Shown here: positions 1 to 12,605 of the stretch, one piece after another
How the letters are laid out: each line of letters opens with the position of its first letter
Numbering within the stretch: the stretch's first letter is position 1
Assembly (NCBI RefSeq): GCF_006345805.1
Contig: NC_043009.1
Coordinates: 54,870,001 to 54,934,000 of the forward strand
Length of the DNA stretch: 64,000 nucleotides
DNA from: Octopus sinensis
Taxonomy: Eukaryota
Reading direction: 5' to 3'
Made by a program: the position numbers and the translations under genes
Notes under the pieces: model-generated
Seen by the model: the letters and a program-made list of their open reading frames with translations, nothing else
Database searches by the model: none
Told to the model about the DNA's origin: nothing

Positions 1-577
1 TGGTAGTAGCAGTGGTAGTGGTAGCAGTCGAAATAGTAGTTGTGTTGTTGATGGTGGTGGTAGTGGTGGTGGTGATGGAGCTAATATAGCAACAATATCA
101 CCATCATCATCATCATCATCATCATACATTACACAATCGCAATATCATCATCATCATCATTTGCTGCAATGGTAGCAAAATATTGTCACTACTGTTGCCA
201 ACAATAGCAGAAACACAAACCAACACAGGAGACTCTATATCACTAGACCTGCTAGAAATAGCAGCTGTCTATCAAATCACATTTTACTATCTTGAAAATG
301 GGTATGTTGGATATCATGGTCCTGGGTTCCCAGCACACAGGACAAAGATGAGATGGTCGTGGTTGGAATTCCTTTGATCAAAGGTCTATTTGATCAGGTA
401 TGACCTAAGCCTAAACAATTACAACAACATCAGAAATAGTGTAGCCAGTGAGAGAGCTTGTATATGGTTACTCAAGTGCTAGAAATAGCTACCAACTAAT
501 CTACATCGACCTTGATCACACCCTAATGCCTGAAAGAAAGGAAGGATATATTGGATAATTTCATCATGAGTGTAAGG

Positions 578-1000
578 ATGTGGTTAAGAAGTTCACTTTG
601 CAACCACATGGTTTCAGGTTCAGTCCCACTGTGTGGCACCTTGGGCAAGTGCTTTCTGCTATAACCTTAGGCTAACAAATGCCTTGTGAGTAAATTTGGT
701 AGATGGAAACCGTGTAGAAGCCCATTGTGTGTGTGAGAGAGAGACAGAGAAAGTGTGTGTATGTGTGTGTGTGTATGCATGCAAGCACAAACATCTATCT
801 TTGTGTTTATCTCTTACCAATTTGACAATCAGTGTTGGTTTGTTTACATCCCTGTAACTTAGTGGTTTGACAAAAAGACATTGACAGAATAAGTACTAGA
901 CTTTAAATAAGCATTGCGGGGGTGGAAGTGTCAATTTAATTGACTAATCCCTGCAAAGCAATGCTCTAGCATGGCTTTGCAATTGAATGACTGAAATAAG
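578..1000 (+). mobile_element. SINE family A copy (tRNA-type head, degenerate)
   Basis: Same head (gtggttaagaagttcactttgcaaccacatggtt..cagtcccactg..ggcaccttgggcaagtg) and tail (tgaatgactgaaataagtaaaa) as many other copies in the window. Confidence 0.75.
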
Positions 1001-1210
1001 TAAAAAAAAAAAAAAATATATGCAAAAAAATTATTTGTGGTTGGAACATCTTTTGGTCATAGGTCTGTCAGATCAGGGTTGACCTGGGGTTAAACAAATA
1101 CAACAAAAGAAACAGTATTGTAACCTCCAAATGATCATCACCATCAATATTACCATCATCATCAACAGCAGCAGAAACATAAGCAAAAAATTACTTTTTT
1201 TTCTTTTTAG

Positions 1211-1949
1211 GCATAGGTGCAAATATGGTTCATAGGCACAAGCATGGCTCATAGGCGCTACCATGGCTCATAGGCACAAGCATGGCTCATAGGCACAAGC
1301 ATGGCTCATAGGCGCTACCATGGCTCATAGGCACAAGCATGGCTCATAGGTGCAAGTATGGCTCATAGGTACAAGCATGGCTCATAGGTGCAAGCATGGC
1401 TCATAGGTACAAGCATGGCTCATAGGTACAAGCATGGCTCATAGGTACAAGCATGGCTCATAGGTGCAAGCATGGCTCATAGGTACAAGCATGGCTCATA
1501 GGTACAAGCATGGCTCATAGGTACAAGCATGGCTCATAGGTGCAAGCATGGCTCATAGGTACAAGCATGGCTCATAGGTACAAGCATGGCTCATAGGTGC
1601 AAGCATGGCTCATAGGTGCAAGCATGGCTCATAGGTACAAGCATGGCTCATAGGTACAAGCATGGCTCATAGGCACAAGCATGGCTCATAGGTGCAAGTA
1701 TGGCTCATAGGTACAAGCATGGCTCATAGGTACAAGCATGGCTCATAGGTACAAGCATGGCTCATAGGTACAAGCATGGCTCATAGGCACAAGCATGGCT
1801 CATAGGTGCAAGTATGGCTCATAGGTACAAGCATGGCTCATAGGTACAAGCATGGCTCATAGGTACAAGCATGGCTCATAGGCACAAGCATGGCTCATAG
1901 GTACAAGCATGGCTCATAGGTGCAAGCATGGCTCATAGGTGCAAGCATG
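1211..1949 (+). repeat. 19-bp minisatellite (AAGCATGGCTCATAGGYRC)n, about 38-39 units
   Basis: Directly visible tandem array with variants -TAC, -TGC, -CAC and rare -CGCTAC. It runs into a SINE body at about 1950. Confidence 0.95.
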
Positions 1950-2645
1950 ACAGCATGGTCAAAAGGCTTGCTTTGCATCCAAATGGTTTCAAGTTCAGTT
2001 TCACAACATGACATCTTGGGCAAGTGTCTTCTGTTATAGCCCTAGGCTGACCAATGCCTTGTGAGTAAATCTGGTAGATGGAAACTCATGTATATACGAA
2101 TGTTTGTGTGTTTGCCTCACCCCCACTCCCACCACCATCACGTGACAACTGGTGTTGGTTTGTTTACATCCCCATAATTTAACAATTTGTCAAAAGAGAC
2201 TGATAGAATAAGTACCAGACTTGATAAGTAGTAGGGGTTTTGTCTTGAAAATTACTTGGCGACCCTGTTGGCACTGGTATTGGTGCCACGTAAAAAGCAC
2301 TGGTGCTGGTTCCATGGAAAAAGCACTAGTGCAGGTGTCATGTGAAAAGTGCTGGTGCCACCTAAAAAGCACCAGTGATGGTGCCATGTAAAAAACACCC
2401 AGTACACTCTGTAAAGTGGTTGGCATTAGGAAGGGTATCCAACCACAGAAACCATAGCAAAACAGATAATGGAACCTGGTACAGCCCCTGGCCTAACCAG
2501 TTCTCATCAAATTGTCCAACCCATACCGGCATGGAAAATGGATGTTTGACGATGATGATGATAGGGATGATTCGTTTGACTAAACAGTTCAAAGCAGTGT
2601 TCCAGAATATCCACAGTCCTATGACTGAAACAAGTAAAAGACGAG
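1950..2645 (+). mobile_element. SINE family A copy interrupted by a nested RTE-tailed element (about 2260-2556)
   Basis: Family A head and body 1950-2240; inserted element ending catggaaaatggatgtttgacgatgatgatg; family A 3' end resumes (gactaaac...tgactgaaacaagtaaaag). Confidence 0.7.
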
Positions 2646-2732
2646 ATGATGAAACTCTAAACCAAGAGGAAGAGGAAAAGATGAAAAACAAAGTTAACAG
2701 AGATTGACTTAGAGTGAAATTGAAATACTGAC

Positions 2733-2887
2733 CTCATAATCTTTGTTGATGTTAGTCAGTACCCATTTATTGTTTGGTACATCCATACGGTCATACTCCA
2801 TTCGGAAATTGAACATTTCCCATCCATGATTTTGTGGCATGCCTTCATTAATTTTGAATTGGAATGCATACAAATCTTCCAGACTCG
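2733..2887 (-). CDS. MTMR6: MTMR6/7/8-like internal coding exon (probable coding exon 4)
   Basis: Long pyrimidine tract then ctctgcag|CG AGT...TAT GAG|gtcagt; 155 nt, phase 1-0. Encodes (A)SLEDLYAFQFKINEGMPQNHGWEMFNFRMEYDRMDVPNNKWVLTNINKDYE, matching KYEDLYAF...GW...EYKRMGVPN..W.L...N.DY. This frame is not in the supplied ORF track. Confidence 0.93.
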
Positions 2888-2986
2888 CTGCAGAGGAAAA
2901 TTAAAAAAAAAAAAAGAAAAATAAGTAGGATTCAATTCAATTAGGAGACAGAACAGATAATGGACAGTAAAAAATATAATGATTAT

Positions 2987-3019
<33 letters not shown>

Positions 3020-4758
3020 TCTTTCTAATTTTAGCACAAAACCAGGAATTTTAGGGGGAAGTCAATTACATCAGTCCCAGTGTTCAACTGCTACTTATTT
3101 TATTGACCCTGAAAGGTCAAAAGGCAAAGATGACCTCAATGGAATTTGAACTCAGAATGTAAAGAACCAGAAGAAATACTGCAAAGCAGTTTTTCCAGTG
3201 CTCTAATGATTTTCACAGTTCACTGCCTTAATGATAGTAATAATAATAATAATAATGTATAATGGTTTCTAATATAAATACAAGGTCAAACCATTTGCTT
3301 GAGAAAGATTATGTAGTTTTGTTAAACTGACATCAGTAATTGACTGCAGAGTGTTTTAAGAATTCTTTGAAGGATAAAAGGCGACAATTGATTTTGGTGA
3401 GGTTTGAACATGGAATCTGAAATAACAGACTAAATACCAATTCTGTCAATCAAACACTTTTAATTTTAACTGTTTTTAACATAAGCACAACGCTACAAAT
3501 TTTGGAAAGAAGGTAGTAATCAATTAAATCAACCCCAGTATTTGACTGATAGCTTATTATATTTGACTCCCCCAAGAGAGGATGAAAAGCAATGTTGGCC
3601 TCCATGAGATTTGAACTCAGAGCCTTAATACTGATAAGAATTGTACAGTTACTATATTGACATATGGTACATCTTAATTATTTTAAACCTCTCCAGGTCT
3701 GAAAAGAGCCAATTTCTTCAAGAGAGAAAGAGAAAGAAGTCAATCTAGTGTTAGAATGATATTTTATTTATTGATCCTGAAGGTAAAAATTGACTTCAGT
3801 GGAGTTTGAACTTGGAATTGTAGAAGAGAGCTAGAATGAATACGGCAAGGCATCCTATCCACTACTCTAATAACAGCTAATTCACTGTATGTGAGTGTGT
3901 TACATATGTGCATGCATGCTTCAGTTAAATATATGACAACAGATTTTGTTAGCAAAATTAATGATTAACAGTTTTAGTGGTATCTAACCAACATAAAAAT
4001 GTACAACCATTACCAAATCAAAAATCACAATAAAAGGGGGGAAAAAAAGAAGAAAAAAGAAGAAATAATAAACTACTTCTCACTCTTTAAACAATTCTGC
4101 CCCCTCTAGAAATAGCAACCTATCCATCTAATTGCATATACACACAGACATACACACACATTTTATTATATCTGAAAAATGGCTTTTGTAGTTATACATG
4201 TTTGTTTCAATACACGACAAGAGTTATATTTTATATTGACACTGTATTGTCTTGTTTAGTTTTTTCCTAATCAATGAGATATAAATGAAGTTTACTGCTT
4301 GTAATTCACTTGCCATCAACAAAAATGAAGGTAAGGATATTGTTGTGTTGTGTTGTATTGTTTTTAAAAAAATGAGGGAAAAAACCCCCCCACTGTATGA
4401 TGATATATAAATTAGTTTGATATTAGATATAGATAAACATATGTAGGTGGCATCCCTCAGTGTTGCAGAAAATGATGGAAAGTGCCAGAGGGGTGGAATG
4501 AAATAAATTGGGCGTGGCAATTTGGCATGGCTGACTGGACACTGAACTTGTTTTGGCAACAGTAGTTTTTGGCACTAGAGGCAAACACACACACACACAT
4601 GCAGACATGCAGAGTGAGAAACAGATTACAATTTACTTATTGAATACAACTGACATAAGCACCTTCCCACTCGTCATACACATAAAGAGGAACATACTCA
4701 TAGAGAGAGAGAGAGACAGACAGACAGAGAGTAAAAGAACGGGAGAGAGCAAGGAGGG

Positions 4759-4799
<41 letters not shown>

Positions 4800-5948
4800 T
4801 GAAGGAAACATTAAAGCAAGTGCCAAAACATCTCATACCTTCTATGGTGTCAGGAGGAAGACAAAGAGCAACTTCAGAAATGATTGTGAAGTCCAATCCT
4901 TGAACGATCAACCTTGGCCATGCCTCTGTGAGTGTATGTGTGTGTGTGTGTGTGTGTGCACACACTCACACATACGCACACACACAACATGGTGTGTGCA
5001 TTTTCATAGAAAAGATTTTGTCGCAAAAGGATTAATGTCACCCACCTACCCACCCCTGCACACAGGCACTGCAAGATCATAAGAGTGCTTATTAACGGTT
5101 TGTGCATGCCAACAGTGCTCTACAAGTGTATAAGTGAAAGCTGTATTTTGTATATTTGGTTATGTCATACCTTTGGAACAAAAATATAATTTTGGAGAGA
5201 GAGATGGGGAGCGGGAGAAAAAAAAAGAAGAAAAAAGTGAGAGGGGGAAATAGAGTGTGCTTGGCAAAGTTTTCCCAAAACAGGTTGAAAAGAACTGCAA
5301 GCACATCTTTTCACAGGTTGTTTTACAGTGCTAATATGGGCTCTGATGCATTAAATATAAAATTGCCTATCACATGGTGTGTGTGTGTGTAATATGAGCT
5401 CTGTGCATGATGAATTAAAACACACACATTGATTCTACACACTGGTATTGTGAGTATGAATGTACTGAGATCTTCAATATTTTTATATTAAAATGTGGAC
5501 AGACACACACACACACACACACACATACATGCAGACAGCCACATGCATGTGCATGCACACACATACACGCTGAATTTCTTTGATCACATATGCTGGCTTC
5601 GAAATATATAAGATTAAAAGTGTTTGTTTTTCTTCCAAGCTAACAATAACAAATATATTATACCTATGTTGTTGTTGCTGTAGTTGTTGTTCACTTTATG
5701 GTGATGTATTTTTTTAAAAAAAGTTTTTCCTTTGAGAATGAAAGTGCTGAGATGATGATGATGATTATAGAGATGATGAAGACATTATTAAGAATGATCA
5801 TGTTAGTGACGATGATGCCAACCAACACCGATCATGATTTCAAAGAACATGAATCTGCAGATGATTTATAGTCAGAAAATTCTAGCAATTTATTATCATC
5901 ACATGTTTTAGCAGCAGAAGCATTCGGAGAAGAAACGAAACAACAGAG

Positions 5949-6313
5949 AATGGCTCTGTGTAGAATGGTGTAACTGTAAGGCTTTACAGAAAAATATCTT
6001 AGATCTGAAACTGCCTGAAGATGGAAGCTAGCTATAAACAAGAAACATAGCTTTGTCATCATAATCATCATTTTAACGTCTACTTTTCCATCCTTGCATG
6101 GGTTGAACACAGTTTGTTGAAGCAGAGTTTCTATGGCTTCAACAAACTCTGTTCGATTCACACAACCAAGGCAAAGTGGACATTACAGCTATGATGATGA
6201 TGATGATGAAGCTATGTTTCTTCCTTATAGCTGGCTTTCATCTTCAGGCAATTTCAGATCTGAGATATTTTTTCCTAAAGCCTTATTGTTACACCATTCT
6301 ACGTAGAGTCATT
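5949..6313. repeat. Long imperfect inverted repeat (foldback), about 175-bp arms with a 12-nt loop at 6124-6135
   Basis: 5949-6070 is the reverse complement of about 6190-6313; inner gtttgttgaagc/gcttcaacaaac pair. ORFs 5832..6161(-) and 6176..6607(+) share near-identical peptides. Confidence 0.9.
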
Positions 6314-6876
6314 CCTATTGTCAACCCTCACATGTTTCCAAGTGAAATGATAGTTCCATATAACCAAATAATCTTTACACAAAAGACTGGAAATGAAGGA
6401 CACTGCCTGCAAGGCAGTAACACTCATCTACAACTATTATGCAATGTCAAAATACACACAAACACACACACAGAGTTTACTGTTCCATTTTTGGTAGGAC
6501 CGATAAAAAAAAAAAAAAAAAAAAAAAAAAGGATTCCATCCATCAAAAGAAGCAATTATCATTTAATACACAAAGCACTGAAGGTGGTGAGCTGGCACAG
6601 TCATTAAGCACACCAGGTAAAATGCTTAATGGCATTTTATCTGTCTTTATTTTCTGAGTTCAAAATCTGCCATTGGTGACTTTGTCTTTCATCCTTTCGA
6701 GGTTGATAAAATAAGTACCAGTGGAGCGCTAGGGTTGACTTGCCCCTTTCTCCAGTTTATTGGGTTTGTGCCAAAATTTGAAACCAATACACAAAGGACT
6801 TAAATGTGAGCTGCTATAAGTAGTCACATACACACACACAGTAGTCATACACACACACACATACACATTTATATAT

Positions 6877-7005
6877 GGAAGGGGTAGACCCAGGAAGATG
6901 TGGAACGAAATGGTGAGAGAGGATCTTCAGATGCCAAGTCTCACTAAGGAAACGACAAGGGACCAGGAGATGTGGCGATTTTCTGCACTTGATAAGACTC
7001 AAGCT
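6877..7005 (+). mobile_element. RTE-clade LINE ORF2 C-terminal fragment
   Basis: Translates GRGRPRKMWNEMVREDLQMPSLTKETTRDQEMWRFSALDKT, the typical RTE GRPRKTW...DL...DR..WR motif. Confidence 0.8.
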
Positions 7006-7077
7006 AAGTAAAAAATACAGGCCCATTCTTCCAGGTACCATTGCCAATTAAAAAGAACCCATGCCAGGGCTGCATTA

Positions 7078-7560
7078 ATACACCTCTGCTGGTGGGACAT
7101 AAAAAGCACCCAGTATACTCTGTTCAGTGGTTGGCATTAGAAAGGGAACCCAGCCATAGAAACCATACCTGAAAAAGACAGGTGGAGTCTGGACAACTCC
7201 CTATAAGCCAGCTCCATGTAAAACTGCCCAACCCATGCCAGCATGGAAAGAGGATATTAAACAATTATGATGATCATCATCATCGTTTAACGACTGCTTT
7301 CTATGCTAGCATGGGATGGACGATTTGACTGAGGACTGGCGAACCAGATGTCTGCACCAGACTCCAATCTGATCTGGCAGACTTTCTACGGCTGGATGTC
7401 CTTCCTAACGCCAACCACTCCGAGAGTGTAGTGGGTGCTTTTACGTGCCACTGGCACGAGGGCCAGTCAAGTGGTACTGGCAACGGCCACACTCAAATGG
7501 TGCTTTTTATGTGCTACCTGCACAGGAGCCAGTCCAGCGGCACTGGCAACGACCTCGCTT
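7078..7560. mobile_element. Two RTE-tailed (family C) elements in tail-to-tail inverted orientation
   Basis: The plus copy ends ...catggaaagaggatattaaacaattatgatgat and directly meets catcatcatcgtttaacgactgctttctatgctagcatggg of a minus copy. Confidence 0.8.
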
Positions 7561-8518
7561 GAATGATGATAATGATATATATATATATATAGTTTACATC
7601 TTAAATAGAAACTTTCAGAGACATGAAATTAATCATCTTTAACAGTGAAAATCATAGATAATAAAGTATAAATATTGAGTTAAAAACATACACAATTATA
7701 GCTGGTGAGTTATTACACTAGTAGTGACTATAAAATAGATGACTCAAAAAATAAGAATTATCAAGAATATATTATATGCATATATGCTTGTTTGTGTGTG
7801 TGTGTGTGTAGATAGATAGACAGATAGATAGATTGGTATGTAAGTAGGTATGTGTGTGTGTATTCTTACATGGATATAATAAATATACACATAAATGTCT
7901 TCTGCAAAATAAATTATATATCATTATTTTGACTTCAATTACTTTACACAGCAATATGTACATTACATTTCTCACTTTCCTTATCTTCCTTTCAATCGTT
8001 TTTCTCTTCTCTTGGTTCTTTATGGCATTATGAAAACCAAAAATTTGATTAGAAATCATTGGAGCAGCCATTGTATATGCTTTGTTCCATTCTGTTATAA
8101 AACATATCTTCATACTTTCGAAGAAGAAGAAAAAAAAAACAGAAACAAAAGGCTCTAAAAAAAAACTAAAATAAAATAAACAAGTCTCTAATTAAATGAT
8201 TTTGCAGATGAAAGTGGAGAATCACTTTTCCTGTTTTTACCAAGAAAATTCTTTCTCGTACAGCTGATTTTGGATATAATATGGTTTCCAAGTCTGTGTT
8301 TTATGATGTTCACGAAAGAATAAACAAGAGAGAAGTGAGGCATGCTGATTCTTCCAATACAGTGTTCGATATTCAATTTCCATCAAATGCTAACATAAAT
8401 TTCTCTAATTGGCTATTATAGCCAAGAATTGCCCACCAGTTCCTCTTGCAGTTCATTGGGTCCTGTGCTCATATTGAATTTATTTAGTTTGCATAAGATT
8501 CCATTACTTTCTGTCGCT

Positions 8519-8520
<2 letters not shown>

Positions 8521-8560
<40 letters not shown>

Positions 8561-9033
8561 TATATTTATACATATATATTATATACATAATATATATATA
8601 CATATATATATATATACATATAATATATATATATATAACATATATATATATATACATATTATATATATACATATATATATATAACATATATATATATAAC
8701 ATATATATATAATACATATATACATATATATATATACATATATATATACATACATATATAATACATATATATATACAACATATATACATACATATATATT
8801 ATACATACATATATACATACATATACTATATACATATATATATACATATAATATATATACATATAATATATATACATATATATATATATATAATATATAT
8901 ATACATATATTATATATACATATATATATATATATACATATAATATATATATACATACATATATATATATACATACATATACATATATACATACTATACA
9001 TATATATATATACATATATATATATATACATAC

Positions 9034-9104
<71 letters not shown>

Positions 9105-9178
9105 ATATACATACATATATATATACATACATATATATATACATACATATATATATACATACATTATATATACATACA

Positions 9179-9268
<90 letters not shown>

Positions 9269-9270
9269 TG
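8521..9270. repeat. Compound (TA)n/(TACA)n microsatellite, about 750 bp
   Basis: Directly visible; source of the Y/I/M-rich spurious ORFs. Confidence 0.97.
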
Positions 9271-9569
9271 TATAGAGAGAGAGAGAGAGAAACACACATA
9301 CACACACCTGTTGTAACAGTCGTTATTGAATAAAAATAAGAGTACCTAATACAACCATTGACAATAATAATGATAATACATGCTATAGAGTGTATCATAC
9401 ATGCACACATCATCATTTATGTTCCATGTTATTTAAGGACTGTACTGAAATCCAATCTCAGCCTTAACATGGTTTCCACAGTTGGATGCGTTTGTCAACC
9501 ACTTTACAGAGTGTAGTGGGTGCATTTTTTGTAATACATGCACTTGTTGGAAGATAAGACCATCTCAAA

Positions 9570-10370
9570 CCAAGTGGGGGTGTAGTATTGAGAGAGGTGG
9601 CTTTGTGTCTGATGTTGAGAGGTTAAAGTATGATAGAGAGATAGGAACAGGTGTCCTGCTGTAGAAGAGATACATGGCTAGCTGGAAAGGAAGAAAAATT
9701 GGTGAAGATGAGGTGTCAGGTTACAAGAAGGAAAAATATAAGAGAGAACAAGGACAGAGGATCAGGAATGGGTGGATGGTTAAGTCTGTAAGTGTCTAAA
9801 AGGAGAGTGGAGATGGTTAGAGGTGAAGATAGTGAATGGTGACATCAGGTGGAGGTGTGGTCAACTGTAACTCTCAGTTTGGGGGAGGAGTAAATAGGAA
9901 TAGAAGTGGGTTTAGGAAGGGGAGGTGAACAAGTAACAGTATATAAAGAGGAGTTGATGGGCAACAATATAAAACTAAGATATATGAGAAACAGGGAGAT
10001 GATATAAAGTGCTGAAGTGGGGAAGTTGGAGGTATGTAGGGGTGGATGCAGTGAGTGACAAAGGTAGGTAGGTGTGTGTGTGTGGGGGGGGATCCATCTA
10101 TGGTAGATATTAAAGGGTGTTCATGGAAAAGGGGCATTCACTAGAAAAATAAAACAGTAAGGTATGACATTGAGAAAATGGGGTGGTTGACAAGGGAGGT
10201 GGTTCAAAGGAGATGGGGTATCTATGAACACAAAAGGGGGAAGAACTATATCCAGTTCTGTTTTCATATTAATTGCAGCAGCTGAATAAATAGTATTACA
10301 GCTAGAAGAGTTATGGAAGGATGGGGAAGGCTTGGTAAGGAAAGCTTGGGTGTGGGGACATAGGCATAAA
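9570..10370 (-). mobile_element. Degenerate retroelement remnant, possibly Penelope-like
   Basis: Strand-biased GA-rich sequence with weak resemblance to Penelope C-terminal regions (SFHNSSSCNTIY); no intact frame. Confidence 0.3.
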
Positions 10371-10399
10371 TGATATGCTTTTAGAATCTTGTTTTTCAC

Positions 10400-10810
10400 T
10401 GAGACAGTTGGGTCTTCTTAAGCATAGTAAATTGTCAATCATCTCAGTGCTTTGCCAACTGTGAGGTTCAACAAACCGAGGTTGGTCCAGACAACCTCAT
10501 CCCATGTCTTCCTGGCTCTCTTTCCTTAACAGGTTCCAACCACATTTAGCAATCATGACTTTTTCATGCAGCTGTCCTCATACATACGCATCCTTATACA
10601 TGAACACACCAGTGCCCTACATCTCATGCTTCTTATACCCAATTTTGTTCCCATCACATTTGCACTTTGTCATACATGCACTCTGACATTGCACATCCAG
10701 CAGAGCATGCCAGCTTTATTTCCTTTCTAGTCTTTGCATCTTCTCAGCATAAATGAGCCATGTTTCATGACCATAGAGCATTGCAGTTCATGTGCATGTA
10801 TAATAATGCT
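10400..10810 (-). mobile_element. RTE-clade LINE ORF2 3' fragment (degenerate)
   Basis: Minus-strand pieces read LYGHETWLIYAEKMQRLERNKAGMLCWMCNV and RARKTWDEVV, matching RTE LYGSETW...RLERNE..ML.WMC...GRPRKTW.EVV. Confidence 0.85.
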
Positions 10811-10969
10811 TACATATGATGCATCATACAATTTGCTTTCACTCTGAGAGAGTGAAAAGCACTTGTTACTACCAGAGGTAACAGCTCTCTATACTTTCTC
10901 AGCCAATTCTTATTCCAGCAACTATACATATGCATGAATGTACATTTATGTAAATGTATGTATATTCCA

Positions 10970-11007
<38 letters not shown>

Positions 11008-11335
11008 AATATGAGAGAGAGTCCACTATGTGGACGCTCTTACGTTAAAGATAGATCCGCAAGGGTCTCAACCACTAAGAATTGTTCTCAAGAAAAATTT
11101 AGCACACTATGAACGTAAGCGAGGACAAATGAAAAATAACAAAAATATAGATTAACCCCATACAATTGTTTCACTGTTAATAAATTATGCAATTTTACTT
11201 ATACAATTAATCTACAGATCATCAGTGAGGTTCGTCATAAAATATAATTTGTCGATATTAACACGAGGTCAAAAATACAAGTAGTTCGGCCTATTATATT
11301 CGCAGATATATTCAAATGCCCTCGTTCTAGCGTAC

Positions 11336-11378
<43 letters not shown>

Positions 11379-12386
11379 TATGTATATATATATACGTATA
11401 TATGCGTGTACACATATGTGTGTGGTGTGTGTGTGTGTGCATGCACACACACTATGTATGTAACTCATTCTCTCCAGTTTCATTCCCTCTTAGTTTTCTC
11501 CTCCCTATCACTATAGAGTTTTATACATATGTACGTCCATACAAACATATCTATACATGCATACATATGTGTGTGTGTGTGTGCATGTGTGTGTGCGTAT
11601 TACTTTTAATTGACAGAAATTACAAAGTAACTCTAGGGTTGAGAATTTTGTGCATGGCACCAACCAAAAGTTTGATGAATGCCATACACGAAATGTATGT
11701 ACTGATGTTTTGAGTTCTATCTATCCTGTTTGTACCATCAAACCTCCCCATCTCTCTCTCCCTGATTTTTCCTACAGCATTCTCTCAGCTTCTTTCTCTC
11801 CATTACTATTTATCAAGCTCTCACTCTATTTCTCTCTCATCCTTATTATCTTCATCGGTTTCTTACATTTTTCAGCTTTGTCAAAACAATGTTGTTTACA
11901 AAAGCTGAAAGCCTGCAATAATAGCTGGAAGATTTTCCTTAAACAATAAAAGACCACCGCAGAAACCAAATCGCTCATCTACCCATCCACCAATCAACTG
12001 CATTGAATATAAAATAATGCACACAATAAATGGCAGGAAGATGAAGTGATGTGATTAATTAAAGGCAATTGTTCTATCTCTGCTTTCAGCAAATGAATGA
12101 GGAAGAAAGAGGTAAGGAAAGTGGGGGAAAGATGGAAGAGAGTCAAGGGTGATTAGAGAGATCTTCAGAGATGGGGAAGAGGAAAAGGCAGCTTCTAGCA
12201 GAGGAGCTGTTGACAATGTATATCTATCTATACACAAAGGCCATCCTATTTTTATTTTCAGATTATCATTTTATCTTTTCTTTATCTTTTACTTGCAAAA
12301 GTCATTGAACTGCAGCCACACTGCAGTACCACAATGAAGGGTTTTGTCAAAGGTCAACTCCAGTACTCTTTTTGTTTTTCTTTTAA

Positions 12387-12605
12387 CTCTTTCGCATTTA
12401 AACAGGCCACATTTGGCCCGAATATGCTACCTGCTTTATGTCGTAACCAACCAGATCCAGCCTATCACACTTACCCTTCAATGCCATTATAAAATATACC
12501 ATCACATCATCAAAATTTTCAAACTGCAAAATAACGCATGATTAACTAAAAACAATATGAATGAAAAGGCATTACATTTTAAAGAATAATCTGAATGCTA
12601 AAGGG
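12387..12605. mobile_element. TTAA-flanked MITE (piggyBac-type)
   Basis: ttaa|ctctttcgcatt ... aatgctaaaggg|ttaa; internally homologous to 21852-22071, 13100-13320 and 45235-45460. Confidence 0.75.

Noticed and set aside
1211-1949. CRISPR-like array
   Set aside because: Units are contiguous with no unique spacers, the context is eukaryotic and there are no cas genes.
2815-2830. Apparent frameshift in the 2733-2887 exon
   Set aside because: Careful reading across the line break gives CAT GGA TGG GAA ATG TTC; the frame is intact.
8200-8516. Possible terminal exon (minus, TESNGILCKLNKFNMSTGPNELQEELVGNSWL*) or plus-strand exon
   Set aside because: Acceptor preceded by (TA)n rather than a pyrimidine tract; no recognisable homology.
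8517-9416. Long ORFs of 90-214 aa rich in Y/I/M/C/V
   Set aside because: Translations of (TA)/(TACA) microsatellite. The same applies to 60021-61003, 14614-14944, 33539-34412 and similar low-complexity ORFs.
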